This document shows, one piece after another, positions 51,301-64,000 of a DNA stretch of 64,000 bases (its first letter is position 1; each line of letters opens with the position of its first letter). Source of the stretch: Eledone cirrhosa (taxonomy: Eukaryota); the NCBI GenBank assembly GCA_964016885.1, contig OZ024743.1:279062001-279126000 (forward strand). Reading direction: 5' to 3'. The position numbers were made by a program, and so were the translations under genes. The notes beneath the pieces were generated by a model. It was not told the DNA's origin. It saw only the letters and a list, made by a program, of their open reading frames with translations, and searched no databases.

Positions 51301-52440
51301 GAATGCTATGGTTGACGGAGGCTCGGCTCTGTATGGTATTGTAAATTTTGTACGCTATAACAATTGTAAATTGTTTAAAACTTTTACCAACTTATAGACA
51401 AAAACACCCTCCTCCTCATGAGAGGGGTCTTTCTGCCTGTTATTTGGCCCTTCGGGGTTAAATAACTACTTAATGGGGTTTTGTGCCCAATATTTATTTT
51501 AAACAAAAAAAAAAAACATGGCTACGAAAAAGAATTTTCATAGGTCACTCCCACTCATTCCGTCTTCTTCTTCCTCAATCGTCACTACAGCAGAGAGAAG
51601 ATTGTGTCTCTCTCTCCCTTCTTTAAATGTGTCTCTCTCCCTCCCTTCTCTTTCGCAAGCGACGACAGAAAAGAAAAGTCTCGTGCAAAGCGTGCAAGAT
51701 TTCTCCACGACGACGACGACAACGACGACGAAACAGGTGTGCGGGAAATACGAAAACCCATTTCATTCGTCGGACGTCAGGAATAATAGCAGTAGCAGCC
51801 GTAATAACAACAGCAACTGTGACAATGAAAACAACAGTAGCGGCCGCAACAGCATCAGCAGCAGCATAAACAACAACAGCATTAGCAGCAGCAACAACAA
51901 CAACAACAACCACAGCAACAGCGGCGGCGGCAGAAGTCGTAGTACCTGCAGCAACAACAAAAGTAACAGCAGCTCTGACGACAACAACAACAACAACAAC
52001 AACAACAGCAGCAAAGAAAAACCAATCTCGTTTGCAGGTATCGCGAAGAACCTGGAAACAATCCTCATAACAAATGAGGAATTAGAGGAAGCGAAGAAGA
52101 TGGTGACAAAAACTCGACACCGAGCAATCTGCAAGGCAGCGGAAAATTTTTTCGAAACCCAACAGCACTGTACGGTCGCGTACCGTACAGTAAGTACAAA
52201 ATCCCGTAGGGTGGAAAGAGCCACAGAGGCTCAAATACAAAAAGCCTTGGGGTCTGTGTGGCAGCGGAAAACACACATCACCCGAGGCAAGAAATATGCC
52301 ACCGTAGACGTACTTTTTGCCACACCCCAGGAGGCAAAGGCTCAATCCGTAGTGACCCTAAGGAGCGAGGAAATGGTGTTGGTGCCCTCCTACTGCGGGC
52401 AAAAAATTGTGAGGGTCAAACTGACCCACGCCCCCCCCCC
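51301..52440 (+). mobile_element. Tx1-B 5' part (5'UTR and ORF1 N-half, 51518-52440), inverted
   Basis: Starts right after (ATT)n. Asn/Ser-rich tract then SFA..TVAYRTVS..PSYCGQK, homologous to Tx1-A ORF1 SFA..TVMFRTIS..PTYMGRR. Confidence 0.85.
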
Positions 52441-53877
52441 AATTTGGTGTTAATAAGTGTGGAGTCCTAGTGATGAAGTGGGATAAATTGAGCAGAAGAA
52501 ACAGAATCCAGGTACCAACAGGTGAAGTGATAACAGAAATTGACACTGAAGAGGGATACAAATATTTAGATGTTCTGGTAGCAGATGACATCAAGAACCA
52601 ACAAATGAAGGAATTGATGAGATCTGAATACATTCGGAGAGTAAGGAGCGTATCAAAATCACAACTAAATAGTAGGAATGTCATAAGTGCAGTGAATTCC
52701 CGAGCTGTGTCTATTATTAGGTACAGTGCGGGAATTCTGAAATGGAATGTTGCTGAACAAAAAGAAATAGATAGGAAGACTTGGAAGCTATTGACTATCT
52801 ACAACATGTTCCACAAGAGGAGTGATGTCGATAGACTCTACTTAAGGAGTTCTGAAGGTGGAAGAGGTTTTATCAGCATAGAGGACTGTGTTTAGATGGA
52901 GAAAAATAACCTGCACAAATACGTTACTGACACTAGGGAGCCAATGCTCAAAATTGTACTGAAGGAGAAGACAATAGACCAGGGGATGACCACGGAGGAA
53001 ATAACAACAAGAAGGAGGAGCAACCTTCATGAAAAATTCCTTCATAGTATCTTCTTTAGGAAAACTGATTTTAGAGATCCACATACATGGAACTGGTTAA
53101 AAAGAGGAGACCCTAAAAAAGCTACAGAAGGAATATTAATGGCTGCGCAAGAGCAAGCCCTCAGAACGAAAAGGGTTAAACACCATATTTACAAGGAGTA
53201 GGCTAACTCACTGTGTAGGATCTGTGGAGAGAGAGAGGACACTGTGGCTCACATTGTGTCCGAGTGTAAACACCTAGATCAGACTCACTATAAAGGCTGG
53301 AGACATGATGTGATAGGCAGCGTGGTCCACTGGCATCTATGCAAAGTAAACAATTTACTACATTCTGAGAAGTGGTATGAGCATAAGCCAGAGTCGGTGA
53401 TAGAAAACTATCAGGTGAAGGTGCTGTGAGATTTTAGGATACAGACAGACAAGAAATTAGAACACAATAGGCCTGACCTGGTGGTTTTGGACAAGAAAAA
53501 AGATCGTGCCTGATTGTAGATGTAGCCTGCCCATTTGACAGGAGAGTGCAAGTAAAGGCGAGGGAGAAAATTAACCGATAATAGGACTTAAAGTGGGAGT
53601 TAAAAAGGATTTGGAACTGCCATGAAGTCAAGGTCGTCTCGATTGTCATAGGCGCACTAGGTACTATCTCAAAGATTTTCCAAGGATGGTTAAAGAAGAT
53701 TAGTCCAGCCCCACTTTATGGAACACTTCAAAAGGTATGCTTTCTGGGAACAGCAAGACCCCTCCGATACGTCCTGAATATCTAAGGCTGCAGGTAGCGG
53801 CTTGATATTCATTTCAATAATCTTTCCAGTTAAATAACATCAATGACTGAGACTCAAAGAACAATGATAATAATAAT
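52441..53877 (+). mobile_element. Dong/R4 copy 5, 3' portion (decayed)
   Basis: Aligns to 42107-43528 of copy 1 with several stops and a short taa tail. Confidence 0.92.
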
Positions 53878-53985
53878 GTTTTGGAACACTTCAAAAAGCA
53901 TGCTAGAACACTTCAAACAGCATGCTGGGAATAACAAGAAGCCTCCGATAGGTCCTGAATATCTGAGGCTGCAGCTAGTGGCAGC
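53878..53985 (+). mobile_element. Dong/R4 copy 6, tiny decayed 3' fragment
   Basis: ttggaacacttcaaaaagcatgc..cctccgata.gtcctgaatatctgaggctgcag. Confidence 0.75.
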
Positions 53986-54470
53986 AGTTGAAGTATGATA
54001 TTGATCTCTCATGATATATATATATATATATAATCGAACAAGATAACGAAGAACCTATCATTCGTTTTAGTTTTGGATTTGAAAAGATGGTAATAACCCT
54101 GAAATATGTTGTAATATATTGGTTAAAAAACATTATTCGGTGTAATCTCGGTTAAACACTATATTTATGCAGATATAACTTTACACTTCGACTCTATATT
54201 ATATATACAATATACTGTATGTCAAAACGTGCGGTTATTATAGTAAAAAATATTAAATTATTCACTTTGAGCTCCGAATTCTTGGCGCTTCGGATATTGC
54301 AGTATTGCATTTTACTTTTATCTAGTTCATACATTCATTTAAATGCTTATTCCGTTTCATAAAATACTACATAGATTTGTAGTCTTTCCGGGCTCGGCAC
54401 CGCAGTCTATATATATATGCTCCTTCTGTCGAGCACAGATTTCGACCCTAAGCCACCTTACCAGTGATCA

Positions 54471-54503
<33 letters not shown>

Positions 54504-54505
<2 letters not shown>

Positions 54506-54798
54506 AAAGCGGGTAAAATTCCCGAGATCCATGGACGAGTTCTCTCCAGCGGTCTCTGTCCCTCATTATCGCTGCCATGTCCTGCATCTCCAACAGACCA
54601 GTGTCTGTCCTTAGGGCATCAACATACGTTAACCTTGGTCTTCCTCTTCTAGTGTGTCCATGTAGGGGCTCCCAAAGGAGTACTGTGTGCAATGTCAACT
54701 CTGGATGTCGGTGAGCATGTCCAGCTAACCTCAGTCTCCTCTGTGTCACTTTGAGCTGACTTTTGGGATGCTCCCATACAGCTCTGAGTTTTTCATCC
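54504..54798 (-). pseudogene. RTE-clade LINE 3' end
   Basis: QRRLRLAGHAHRHPE..LLWEPLHGHTRRGRPRLTYVD..DRDRWR, ending in (TA)n. Confidence 0.85.
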
Positions 54799-55163
54799 TT
54801 TGAGTATGTTTGTTTAAGTATGACATAAGAACTTTGACAAACCAATGAATAATGAATGATAAAATGAAAATTATATGGATGAGTGTGTTTCTTTGTATTT
54901 GCAACATGACCATCCCCAAATATATCAATATATCAATATATATATATATATATAGAAATATATGAGAAAAACCACAGACCCTCCATCTCAACTCTACTTT
55001 TGAAAAGTAGAAGAACTGCGAAACCGGTAAAGGAACCAAATAAATATATATATTTAAAAAAAAATAAGACTCCAGTTGCATTTTCGATTTCATCTTTTTT
55101 TCTTTATACTTTCACTCGTGTAGGACACCTCGGTTATTTTTCATTTTGTAAAAAAAACCTCAC

Positions 55164-55205
<42 letters not shown>

Positions 55206-55283
55206 AAATTAACGGAGCCATAGACTCTAGTTATTCCCTGTCAATAATGTGCTCAAAGGAAAAGGAATCCTGGGCTCTTTAAA

Positions 55284-56049
55284 ATACAATATGTTGAAAA
55301 GGTAACACACTAGAGAGATAGTGTGCCATCAATAAAACAGGGAAAACCACCAGTGTATGGAATCTATAATCTATGAAAGGCAGGGTAGACACACAATAAT
55401 TAAAAATATAAATCAAAATGTATATACGCACCTCTATAACTATATAACACACGCGTACAAATCCAAAGAGATCTGTTTCGCCAGGAAGAAGTTGACTGAA
55501 ATGGAATAGCCATCATCGCGTGTAAGACTATACATTCCATACAACACTCAGAGCATCTAAAGCAACCGTCCAGCTACACGCGGCAGAGCGTGTTTAGGGC
55601 AGCTCCTTATAGCAGTCTTTCCTCTCTCTCTCTGTTTGGTTGAGCACACTTCTTTGAGTGGTTTTTGGGCTGCTCTTTCTAGCAGTTCGTCCCTCAGAAA
55701 CCACTGGTTCACTGCCCTAAACACGCTGTGACATCTCTCTGGCGCGTGTAGCTGGACAGTCGCTTTAGATTCTCTTAGAGTTGTCTGGAATGTATAGTCT
55801 TGCACGCTGATGAACCGTAGGCTATTCCATTTCAGTTAACTACTTCTTGGCGAAACAGTTCTCTTTGGATTTGTACGCGTGTGTTATATAGTTATAGAGG
55901 TGTGTATATGCATTTTAATTTATATTTTTAATTATTGTGTGTCTACCCTGCCTCCCATAGATTATAGATTCCATACACTGGTGGTTTTCCCTGTTTTATT
56001 GATGGCACACTACCTCTCTCTAGTCTGTTACCCTTTCAACATATTGTAT
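55284..56049. mobile_element. Head-to-head inverted pair (~320-340-bp diverged arms) carrying a hammerhead
   Basis: 55284-55602 is the reverse complement of 55712-56049, with substitutions and indels. Confidence 0.8.
55790..55890 (+). ncRNA. Type I hammerhead motif, partly decayed
   Basis: tgcacg CTGATGA (55807-55813) .. GAAAC agttct cttt ggattt GTA (55873-55875) cgcgtg. Stem II is weak. Confidence 0.6.
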
Positions 56050-56050
56050 A

Positions 56051-56102
<52 letters not shown>

Positions 56103-56125
56103 TAGATAGATAGATAAATAGATAG

Positions 56126-56235
<110 letters not shown>

Positions 56236-57529
56236 CGTTGCTTTTGTTTTTGTTTTTCACGGTGGTGGTGGTGATGCTGGTGCTGGTGCTTGGGGTGATG
56301 GCGGTGATGATGATACTATGTTGTTGATACTGATGATGATGATGATTATTATGATGATGATGAAGGAGGAGAAGCAGGAGGAGGGTAGGAGGTGGAGGAC
56401 GACAACGATAACGACAACGCAGTCCTTGATAAGACACCGTCAATTTAAACAATAATTCGGAATTTTTTAAAATTCTATTTGCTTGTGTGTGGAGCATAAA
56501 TTACTTCGATGAATTGTAGATTATAATTGGAGAGTGATGAAAGAAAGAATGAAACAATTATACAATGATTGAAAACTATCTGTCGAAAGAAAACCAAATA
56601 AAAAATATCACAGTTTGTTACACAAATTTAAACTTCATTTAGATATTCTGTGTTCCGAGCAGCATTATGCCACCGTCCTGGCAACCCCTTGAATTTCTAG
56701 TACTTGTTCTCCCACTTCTAAGTTCAATTTGACACTCTTATCTCCTTTCTCTGTACGCATGATCGCTCTCATCTGCAAAACAGATTCTTCTAACCTTTAT
56801 TTTCTTATTCCAGTGGAATTTAAAGAATTTAATAAGTGTAATTTGTTTTAAATCATAGAAACCCAGTGAAATCCAGCTATCAGCACTCTCCACGTAGTCA
56901 AGGATGGAAACGTATTTTCAGTACCTCCATTAATTAAAAGTATCCTTGGTAACGAAGGCAATGAAGCAAATATTACGAATTGACACACAACAGTCAACAG
57001 TGGCGAGTAGACAGATGAAAGCCATAAGACAGCGAGGGGACTTATACGGGTTCTAGCTTCAACCTCATAGAAAACGTAGTCAAATATCTCCCGAAATGTA
57101 TAGTTCGAGTATATATGAGTTTTCTGTAAACATTTCTTCTTATATATATATATATATATGCAATTTATGAAGGCGTGGTGGTGACATTGGAGGTGGGGTT
57201 CAACAAGTCAACAATTCAACATACCATGTCCATTTTACATATCTTAATGTAGCCCATCGTTTTGAATAAAGATAATACATTTGGTCAATATAGTCACTTG
57301 GGCGTCGGAACCAATATTTTAACCTCTGCTATCTGAGTTCACATCCTGCAGTGGCGAACCATGCATTTCACAATTCCAGAGTTGATAAATATAGAACCAG
57401 TCATAAGTGGTGGACTTGGAGCAATTATTAGAGAGTTGGACAGGATGCCTTGCGGTCTTTGTTCCGGCTCTGTCCACTTTAACTTCAAATACCGACTATT
57501 ACTACCGGGAAAATGATGACATAATAGTT

Positions 57530-57712
57530 GTTTCTACTTTGGGCACAAGGCCAGCATTACCCAGTACATTACTGGTACTTTATTTTATCGACCCCCGTAA
57601 GGATGAAAGGCAAAGTTAACCTCGGCGGGATTTGAACTCAGTCCGTAAAAGGACGTAACTGTGCTGCAAAGCATCGTGTCCGACCCTCTACCGATACTTC
57701 CAATCTATCGCC
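57530..57712 (-). mobile_element. tRNA-derived SINE copy
   Basis: Close match to 41-242. Confidence 0.8.
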
Positions 57713-58175
57713 TCTGACATAATAGTACTGGAGCACATGTCAGTAAAATACCCAAAAACCTATGAGCTGCAACACTATAGAAAGCCGATGGAAGAAAGCC
57801 CTACGAAAGCGACACACGATTGAAATATAACAACAATTTGGACATATTCTTTCATGGCTCAAAGTAATCTTAACTAGCGATAATATACCGTTGAAATGTA
57901 GCTCCGATTTATACACAGAACTATTATTCTTCCAAAAGTAAAGGACCTATATGTGTATTTACAAGGTTACCAACTATATCGTCAATTCACTAGATAGACA
58001 CAACAGTCAAATCTTCCACAAATAATTTTTAAGTGTCTTATATAAAGTAGACATTGATAAATATAACTTGTCATTCAAACCCGGAACGCCTTTTGTCATG
58101 GGCCATCTTGAGCAAAGTTAAATTTGGCTAATGAAGAAGAAGAAGAAGAAGAAGAAGAAGAAGAAGAAGAAGAAG

Positions 58176-58206
<31 letters not shown>

Positions 58207-58959
58207 CCAACAACAACAACAACAACAACAACAACAAAAGCATTAATTATATTGAGATATAGATTCTTGCTACTGATTTCTCAGTTTTTTCATATCTGCT
58301 TGAGACTTACGCCCTGCTTGAGACTTATGCCAATATTTTAAATCTAGGAAGAACAAAATATAACACGATACGATTGGTTAACATACAAATTGAATCATTT
58401 GAGCATCACAGGTTGCCAGTTCAAATGCATTTCACGATATTTTATCTTTTATAATCGAACCCTTTATTATCCACCAGGTCCATCATTTCAGCATAGTAGA
58501 TCGTAAAGCGTGATTCAATTAGCCTCGTAAATTTCAAGTTTTTAGAGGCATGTCTACCATTTTAAAGTATACTTAATTTGGATAAAGACATCTTTGTATC
58601 AAATATTCTCCTCGCCATTTCTCTGCTGTGGAGAGGCAATATTTACTGTTGACAGTGAAAGAGATTAAATACACACTTTATACATATTGATCGGCATCAC
58701 ACTTGTCACCTATGCATAAAGCAGAGGCTTTAGTGTTACATTTATAGAGGACTATATTTCTTTACACACTGTACACTGATATTCTTCGATATACATAGAC
58801 ACCTTACACAAGTTGTAGAGAACTTGGTAAAATATTTTGATTTCTTTATCGCTGCATTGTTTTCTTTTTATTGTATCTTCAGACCAACTTCAATTTTTCG
58901 GAAATATCCCCCTGCAGCTGCGTTTGTAATATCCACCATTTTAACAAGAGCAAAGATAA

Positions 58960-59175
58960 TAATGATGATGATGATGGTGGAGGTTATTGTGTTGATGGAG
59001 GTGATGATGATAATGATGAGAGAAGAAGACGTCGAAGAGGACGAGGAGGATAAGGAAGAGTGTGAAGATGAGGAGGATGACGAAGCGGAAGATGACGACG
59101 ACGTAGATGATGCCAACGATGATGACGAAGTCTATGGTGGAGATGTTAATGATGATGATGATGATGATGATGATG

Positions 59176-59221
<46 letters not shown>

Positions 59222-59284
59222 CGACGATGACTACGACAACAACAACGATGACAATGATGATGATAATGATGATGATTATTATAA
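58960..59284. repeat. (GAT)n/(CAT)n low-complexity tract
   Basis: Directly visible. Confidence 0.9.
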
Positions 59285-59545
59285 CTGAAAAGAAATGGCA
59301 TAAACACGAAGAAAATCCGATATCTGCGAATGATATAGCTATGTTACTTTGGGACATGCCTGTCGAGACTAAGAAAAAGATCAAAAGAAACAACCTTGAT
59401 ATTATAATCACAGACAGAAAAGAAAACATATGCACTATCATATATACATCTTAATTACTTCCGCCAAAAAATATCGTCCGAAAGGAAATTGAAAAGTTAT
59501 CAAAGTAAAAAGATACTCAAAAGGGAAATAAGCAGGATTTGGTGC
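59285..59545 (+). pseudogene. Old Dong/R4-like endonuclease-domain fragment of a different family
   Basis: KWHKHEENPISAND..LLWDMPVETKKKIKRNNLDIIITDRKENIC resembles KWYEHRPEAVMEN..VLWDFRIQTDKKLEHNRPDLVVVDKEKRSC of copy 1. Confidence 0.7.
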
Positions 59546-59560
59546 ACCATGCACACAAAC

Positions 59561-59593
<33 letters not shown>

Positions 59594-59594
59594 G

Positions 59595-59635
<41 letters not shown>

Positions 59636-60209
59636 TACACACACATACACACACATGTACACACTGATACACACGCGCACAAGCAAACATACAGATGTTT
59701 AAAACATTTGGTGCACAGGTTATGTTCTCCCCACCCCACAACCACACACACAAACACCTGAATACTAAGAGAAGTTTGTCATAGGTATAACTATTATGTA
59801 CGAAACAACAATGAGTCATCTAAATGGTAACTGGAGTTGCTAGAAATAGTAGCTAAATATACTTCAAATTACACACCACTGTATTAGGAAAGGAATCTTT
59901 TTATAACTTGGTCATTGTTTGCTTACAAATGAAAAAGAACAATGGTGTCTAAAATAGCGAGATGGTGACGTCTGGAATGCCTTTCAACAAGGTTTGGCTG
60001 GACCAGAGCTGACCTAGAATTAAAGAAGATCTAAAACAACAACATATGTTTGACCACATAATAAACAAAATAAAACAACGACAATAAACACTTCTCTCTC
60101 CCAAAGCCCAATACTTCAGACACCCAGGAATATTGACATCGACCGGATCCTGCAATGAAATATTTTCATTAACTTCCTGAAAACGAACATCCATAATCAT
60201 AATCATAAA

Positions 60210-60978
60210 GATTTCTACATTAGGCACGAGGCCAGTAATTTTTGGGGGAGAGGAAAGTCAACTAAATCGACCCAGTGCATCACTGGTGCTTTATTTAAAC
60301 GACCTCGTAAGGATGAAAGACAAAGCTAACTCCCGCGGTATTCGAACTCAGAGCGTAATGGGCCATAATTCTATGCCGCATAGCATATTGTCCGACGCTT
60401 TAGCGATACTGACAATTCATCGCCCTCCTAATCATAATGGTTTCTGATTTTGGCACATGGCCAACAATTTGGGGAGGGGGGAAAATCGATTTAATCAACC
60501 GCAGTGCGTTATATTTCATCGAACACATTAAGGATGAAAGGCAAAGCTGGATGGTATTTGATCTCAGAACGTATAGGGATGTAAATATATGCTGCAACAC
60601 ATGTTGTCCGATGCTCTACCGATACTGCCAATCCACTGTCTACATAATCATCATAATAAAGGTTTCTGACCTCGACCCAAGGTCAATAGTATGGTGGAGG
60701 GTGGGGGTGTATGTCAGTTAATTCGCTCCAGCATTTGGTTGCTATTTTATTTTAGTGGCCTCGGAAAGATAAAAGCAAAGTTGAACTTTGCATGATTTGA
60801 AATTAGTACGTAAAGATCTAGAACTATACATCGTAAGATATTTTTCACACTGTTTAAAGTCTCTGCTAATTCCCCATTCTAATAATCGTAATAATGGTTT
60901 CTAATCTAGGCAAAAGGCCAGCAATTTTGTTTGGAGAGAAAGATCAATTAAATCGATTCCAGTACTTATCCGGTACTG
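60210..60978 (-). mobile_element. Four head-to-tail SINE copies
   Basis: Units start near 60210, 60438, 60660 and 60897, separated by short (AAT/CAT) tails. Confidence 0.75.
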
Positions 60979-61349
60979 ATGGAAAATATAAACGTTAGTA
61001 GACACTAATACGGTAGCAAAATTTAGTTGGCGTTGATGAGGCTAGTAAATATTAGCGAACACTGAATTCTATTTGGAAAAGGAATTTATTTATTCAATAC
61101 CATAAATTAATTATAATAATCACGATCTTTGATAATAGCATGCTGTAGTCACTGTTGAGTAATGAAAATATTTAAAAGTATTTTATCAATTTTCAAACAA
61201 TTCTTTGTCTTTTCCACGTCGATTCTTAAGTTTCGCTCCATAATTCACTTAATAATACCATGTAATTAATTATTTAAATGCTTATATTATTCCTCAATTT
61301 ATTTCATGCAGTATTTTTAAAGAGATCTTTTTTAAACCTGTTCTTCATT

Positions 61350-62800
61350 AAGATATCAGGTTTATATGTAAGTCTTGGTTTTGTAGGTAGCGCAACGAAG
61401 AGAATTGAAAAAGGAGAATATCGTTAATACTTTCGCAAATATTTGGAAAATATGGAGTTTATTCTAACCATAGATACTAATCAGTTAATATTTCTCAAAC
61501 AAAGGAGTGATACTTTCAAGAATAATTGAACCTTAAAAAAACTTATTTAGATGAAGCAAAATGTATACTCTGATTTACATACAAATTAGCAAATAGATTT
61601 ACAATTAATGAGTTGTCCCTAAAACAAAATAATAAAATTTAAAATTTCTTGGCCAAACGTTAAAAAAGCACACATTTTAAAAAAATGCCTCCTTCAGTTG
61701 GAGACTGATAAAAGTGTTATAAAGACAATAATTCCTCTTAGTAAGTGTTACTATCAGCAGGAATTGACTAACTGGTAGGTAATATATTAACAAATTAAAA
61801 TCTTTATGGTGATTTTCATAACAGAAATGTCCTTATAAATCATGGAGAGTGAGTTGTAAAATAGTTCCATCGCCTTATAAACGTGTAAAAAGTGTCACAA
61901 ATCGTTCTGTTATTTACGGAGGGGTTGAGTAAATTTTCGAATGATTCTCACAAATGTGAAAACGATGTTGCACCTGCTATGATAGGTCACCATCTTTGAT
62001 ATAAAAGAAACAGCCCTAAGTATTTTTTACGATTCGCTCTGTTCATTGCTAAACATTAGCTGCAAAACATCGCAGCAGTAGATAATATATTACCTTGTAG
62101 AATGTTATTAAAGCTGTGCATATCCGTTGAATAATACATTTTTTTGTAGAAAAAAAAAATTTCCATTAAAATGAACACGAATGTGACACTGTTTTATTAC
62201 ATACGAATATTTGGTCTTTTTCTAAAAGAAACTACTGGCATCATTTTCATAATCTATAGAATAATATTTTGGAATTTTTTAAGACGTGTGATGCGAAAAT
62301 GTGTGATGAGCTAGAAAACCAAAGAAATGACATCTCTATCTTTCTGACATCTTCAACGAATTAAATGAGGTGTACATCAAATGTCAGGGCAACAATAAAA
62401 ATCTGATTAGAGTAAAAACATTTTTTTTTATTAATAAAATGACATTTTATAAAAATAGTATTACAAGACGAGATTTTCATTAGTTTCTAATTATAAGAAC
62501 TAATAGTAGTGATTTGATATTAGATACAGATGGGGAGGACTATTTTCTCTGTTTTAGGTAAGGAAAAATGATATAAAAACCAAATTTAAAGTCTTTGGTG
62601 AGCTAAAAATACGCGAATTGGCAATAATATTTGTGACTCACTTTTTGCTTATCCAAACATATTTGAAGATTTAATAGACATACAAAAGAACTTTGAAGTT
62701 TGCGTATTAAGAATTTGAGTCAAACGTACAAAACAAGAAATAGCTTCTCGATACTTTTTATTTTTTCATACATGATCGAGAGAGGATTCAATATCATGTT
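61350..62800 (+). pseudogene. Decayed hAT (Charlie/Buster-like) transposase
   Basis: Ordered remnants DVAPAMIG (~61965), LAAK (~62057), YLSDIFNELNEVYIKCQGNN (~62337) and SYMIERGF (~62767) resemble TDGAPAM, HREALAAK, YLADIF..LN.LN..LQG and TY.CE.GFS. Confidence 0.65.
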
Positions 62801-63384
62801 GCAACTATGTGACTTTCAACTTACAAAAGAATACAAATCATTTCTATAGTTATTGATTTATTTACTACTGTTAAATCTATCGGGTTTGGTGTTAGCTTAT
62901 ACAAATATCTGGAATGAGGGGATAAGCGAAACATATTTAAGAAGGACTGTTGCAATCTTTCCTCGTTGACACGATATTTATATTTCAGAAAGACATCAGA
63001 CCCTACATTTATGACCCTAAGTCTTTCGCACGTGACCATTATATTTTTATTCACCCCGTGCGATAGGAAAGCAAAATCGACTTCGGATGGGGTTAACATT
63101 TAAAGGGAGTAATTAAATTTTATCAAGTCTAGAAGACCAAAGACAAAGCTGACTTCTGTTCAAATTTGAACTTAGAACGTACAAGGATGTAACTGAAGAC
63201 ACCCCCCCCCCCACACACACACACCAATATCGTTCAAATTTCTACCTATTCTGAAATTCATTACCTCTCTAAAAAAAAACTACAACATCAATAAAAGATA
63301 TCGACAACAACAAGATAAACACCAACAATAAAATAATGATCAAGATAATAACACTGAAGAAGAAAATGAATTAGAAAGATATAG

Positions 63385-63470
63385 AAAGAAAAAGAAAAAG
63401 AAAAAGAAAAAGAAAAAGAAAAAGAAAAAGAAAAAGAAAAAGAAAAAGAAAAAGAAAAAGAAAAAGAAAA
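63385..63470. repeat. (GAAAAA)n hexamer repeat
   Basis: Directly visible. Confidence 0.95.
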
Positions 63471-64000
63471 TAAGAGTAGAATTATAAGGTGAAACAAAAA
63501 GCCAATTTTAAGAAAAGACCAGCACCCCTAACAACTCCCACATATCTCCCTTCCACTATATTCTAAATTGAGACAGATATTTCAGCTTTAAATATGGTTG
63601 AACTTTCTTCATTTTCATTTAGTCAGTCGCCATTTTCTCTCCCAACACCCTTTTCCCCCCCTTCATAACCACGTCAATCTCTCTTTATCATACTGTCCAT
63701 TAAGTTCTCCCACCCCGATTGTAATTTTACTCTGTCTTCTAATAAACAAAGAAAACACTCTAGAACATTCTTTACTGATTTTCGTATATATTTTTATAAA
63801 TATTTTATAACGATCGTTTAAATATATTTTTTTGTGGTTTTAAATTTTGTCTTTTCTACCAAAGTTCTACAAGCATTTTTGTTTTCAGTTCATTATATAT
63901 ATATATATATTTAATTTCTTTTCCTGAATTTTCGGCCACACTTCATTTATTTTCTTTCATTATTTAATTTTATCTCTTCCTTTCCTTCTAACCTTTCCTT

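Noticed and set aside
51518-52895. Novel two-ORF element with a gag-like ORF1 ahead of an R4-type RT
   Set aside because: Fully explained as the right breakpoint of the 49225-52440 inversion.
58230-58950. Possible ancient RT remnant (QGD-like string on the minus strand)
   Set aside because: Too decayed to call by eye.
58824-59288. Asp/His-rich 154-aa ORF
   Set aside because: Translation of a (GAT)n/(CAT)n tract with no gene context.

Overview
Animal intergenic or intronic DNA. No host-gene exon could be supported. The tRNA-derived SINE family, the LINE content and the microsatellite load suggest an octopod cephalopod (inference). Most ORFs in the track are microsatellite artefacts. The real content is: (1) a near full-length Tx1/L1-clade LINE (7139-12850, -) inside a (TATC)n tract; (2) a ~14 kb nest (39.9-54.0 kb) on one (TAA)n tract, holding an intact 1130-aa Dong/R4-clade retrotransposon, five truncated sister copies, and a second Tx1 element plus a Tx1 stub in the opposite orientation, later split by a 3.2 kb inversion (49225-52440); (3) many short (TA)n-embedded elements with type I hammerhead ribozyme motifs and fold-back inverted duplications (Penelope-like pseudo-LTR or retrozyme style), plus a Penelope-like RT-linker fragment; (4) RTE remnants, including a 5'UTR+3'end deletion derivative with a structured 5' RNA; (5) a decayed hAT transposase, SINEs and a 30-bp minisatellite. 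All alignments and folds were done by eye and boundaries are approximate.
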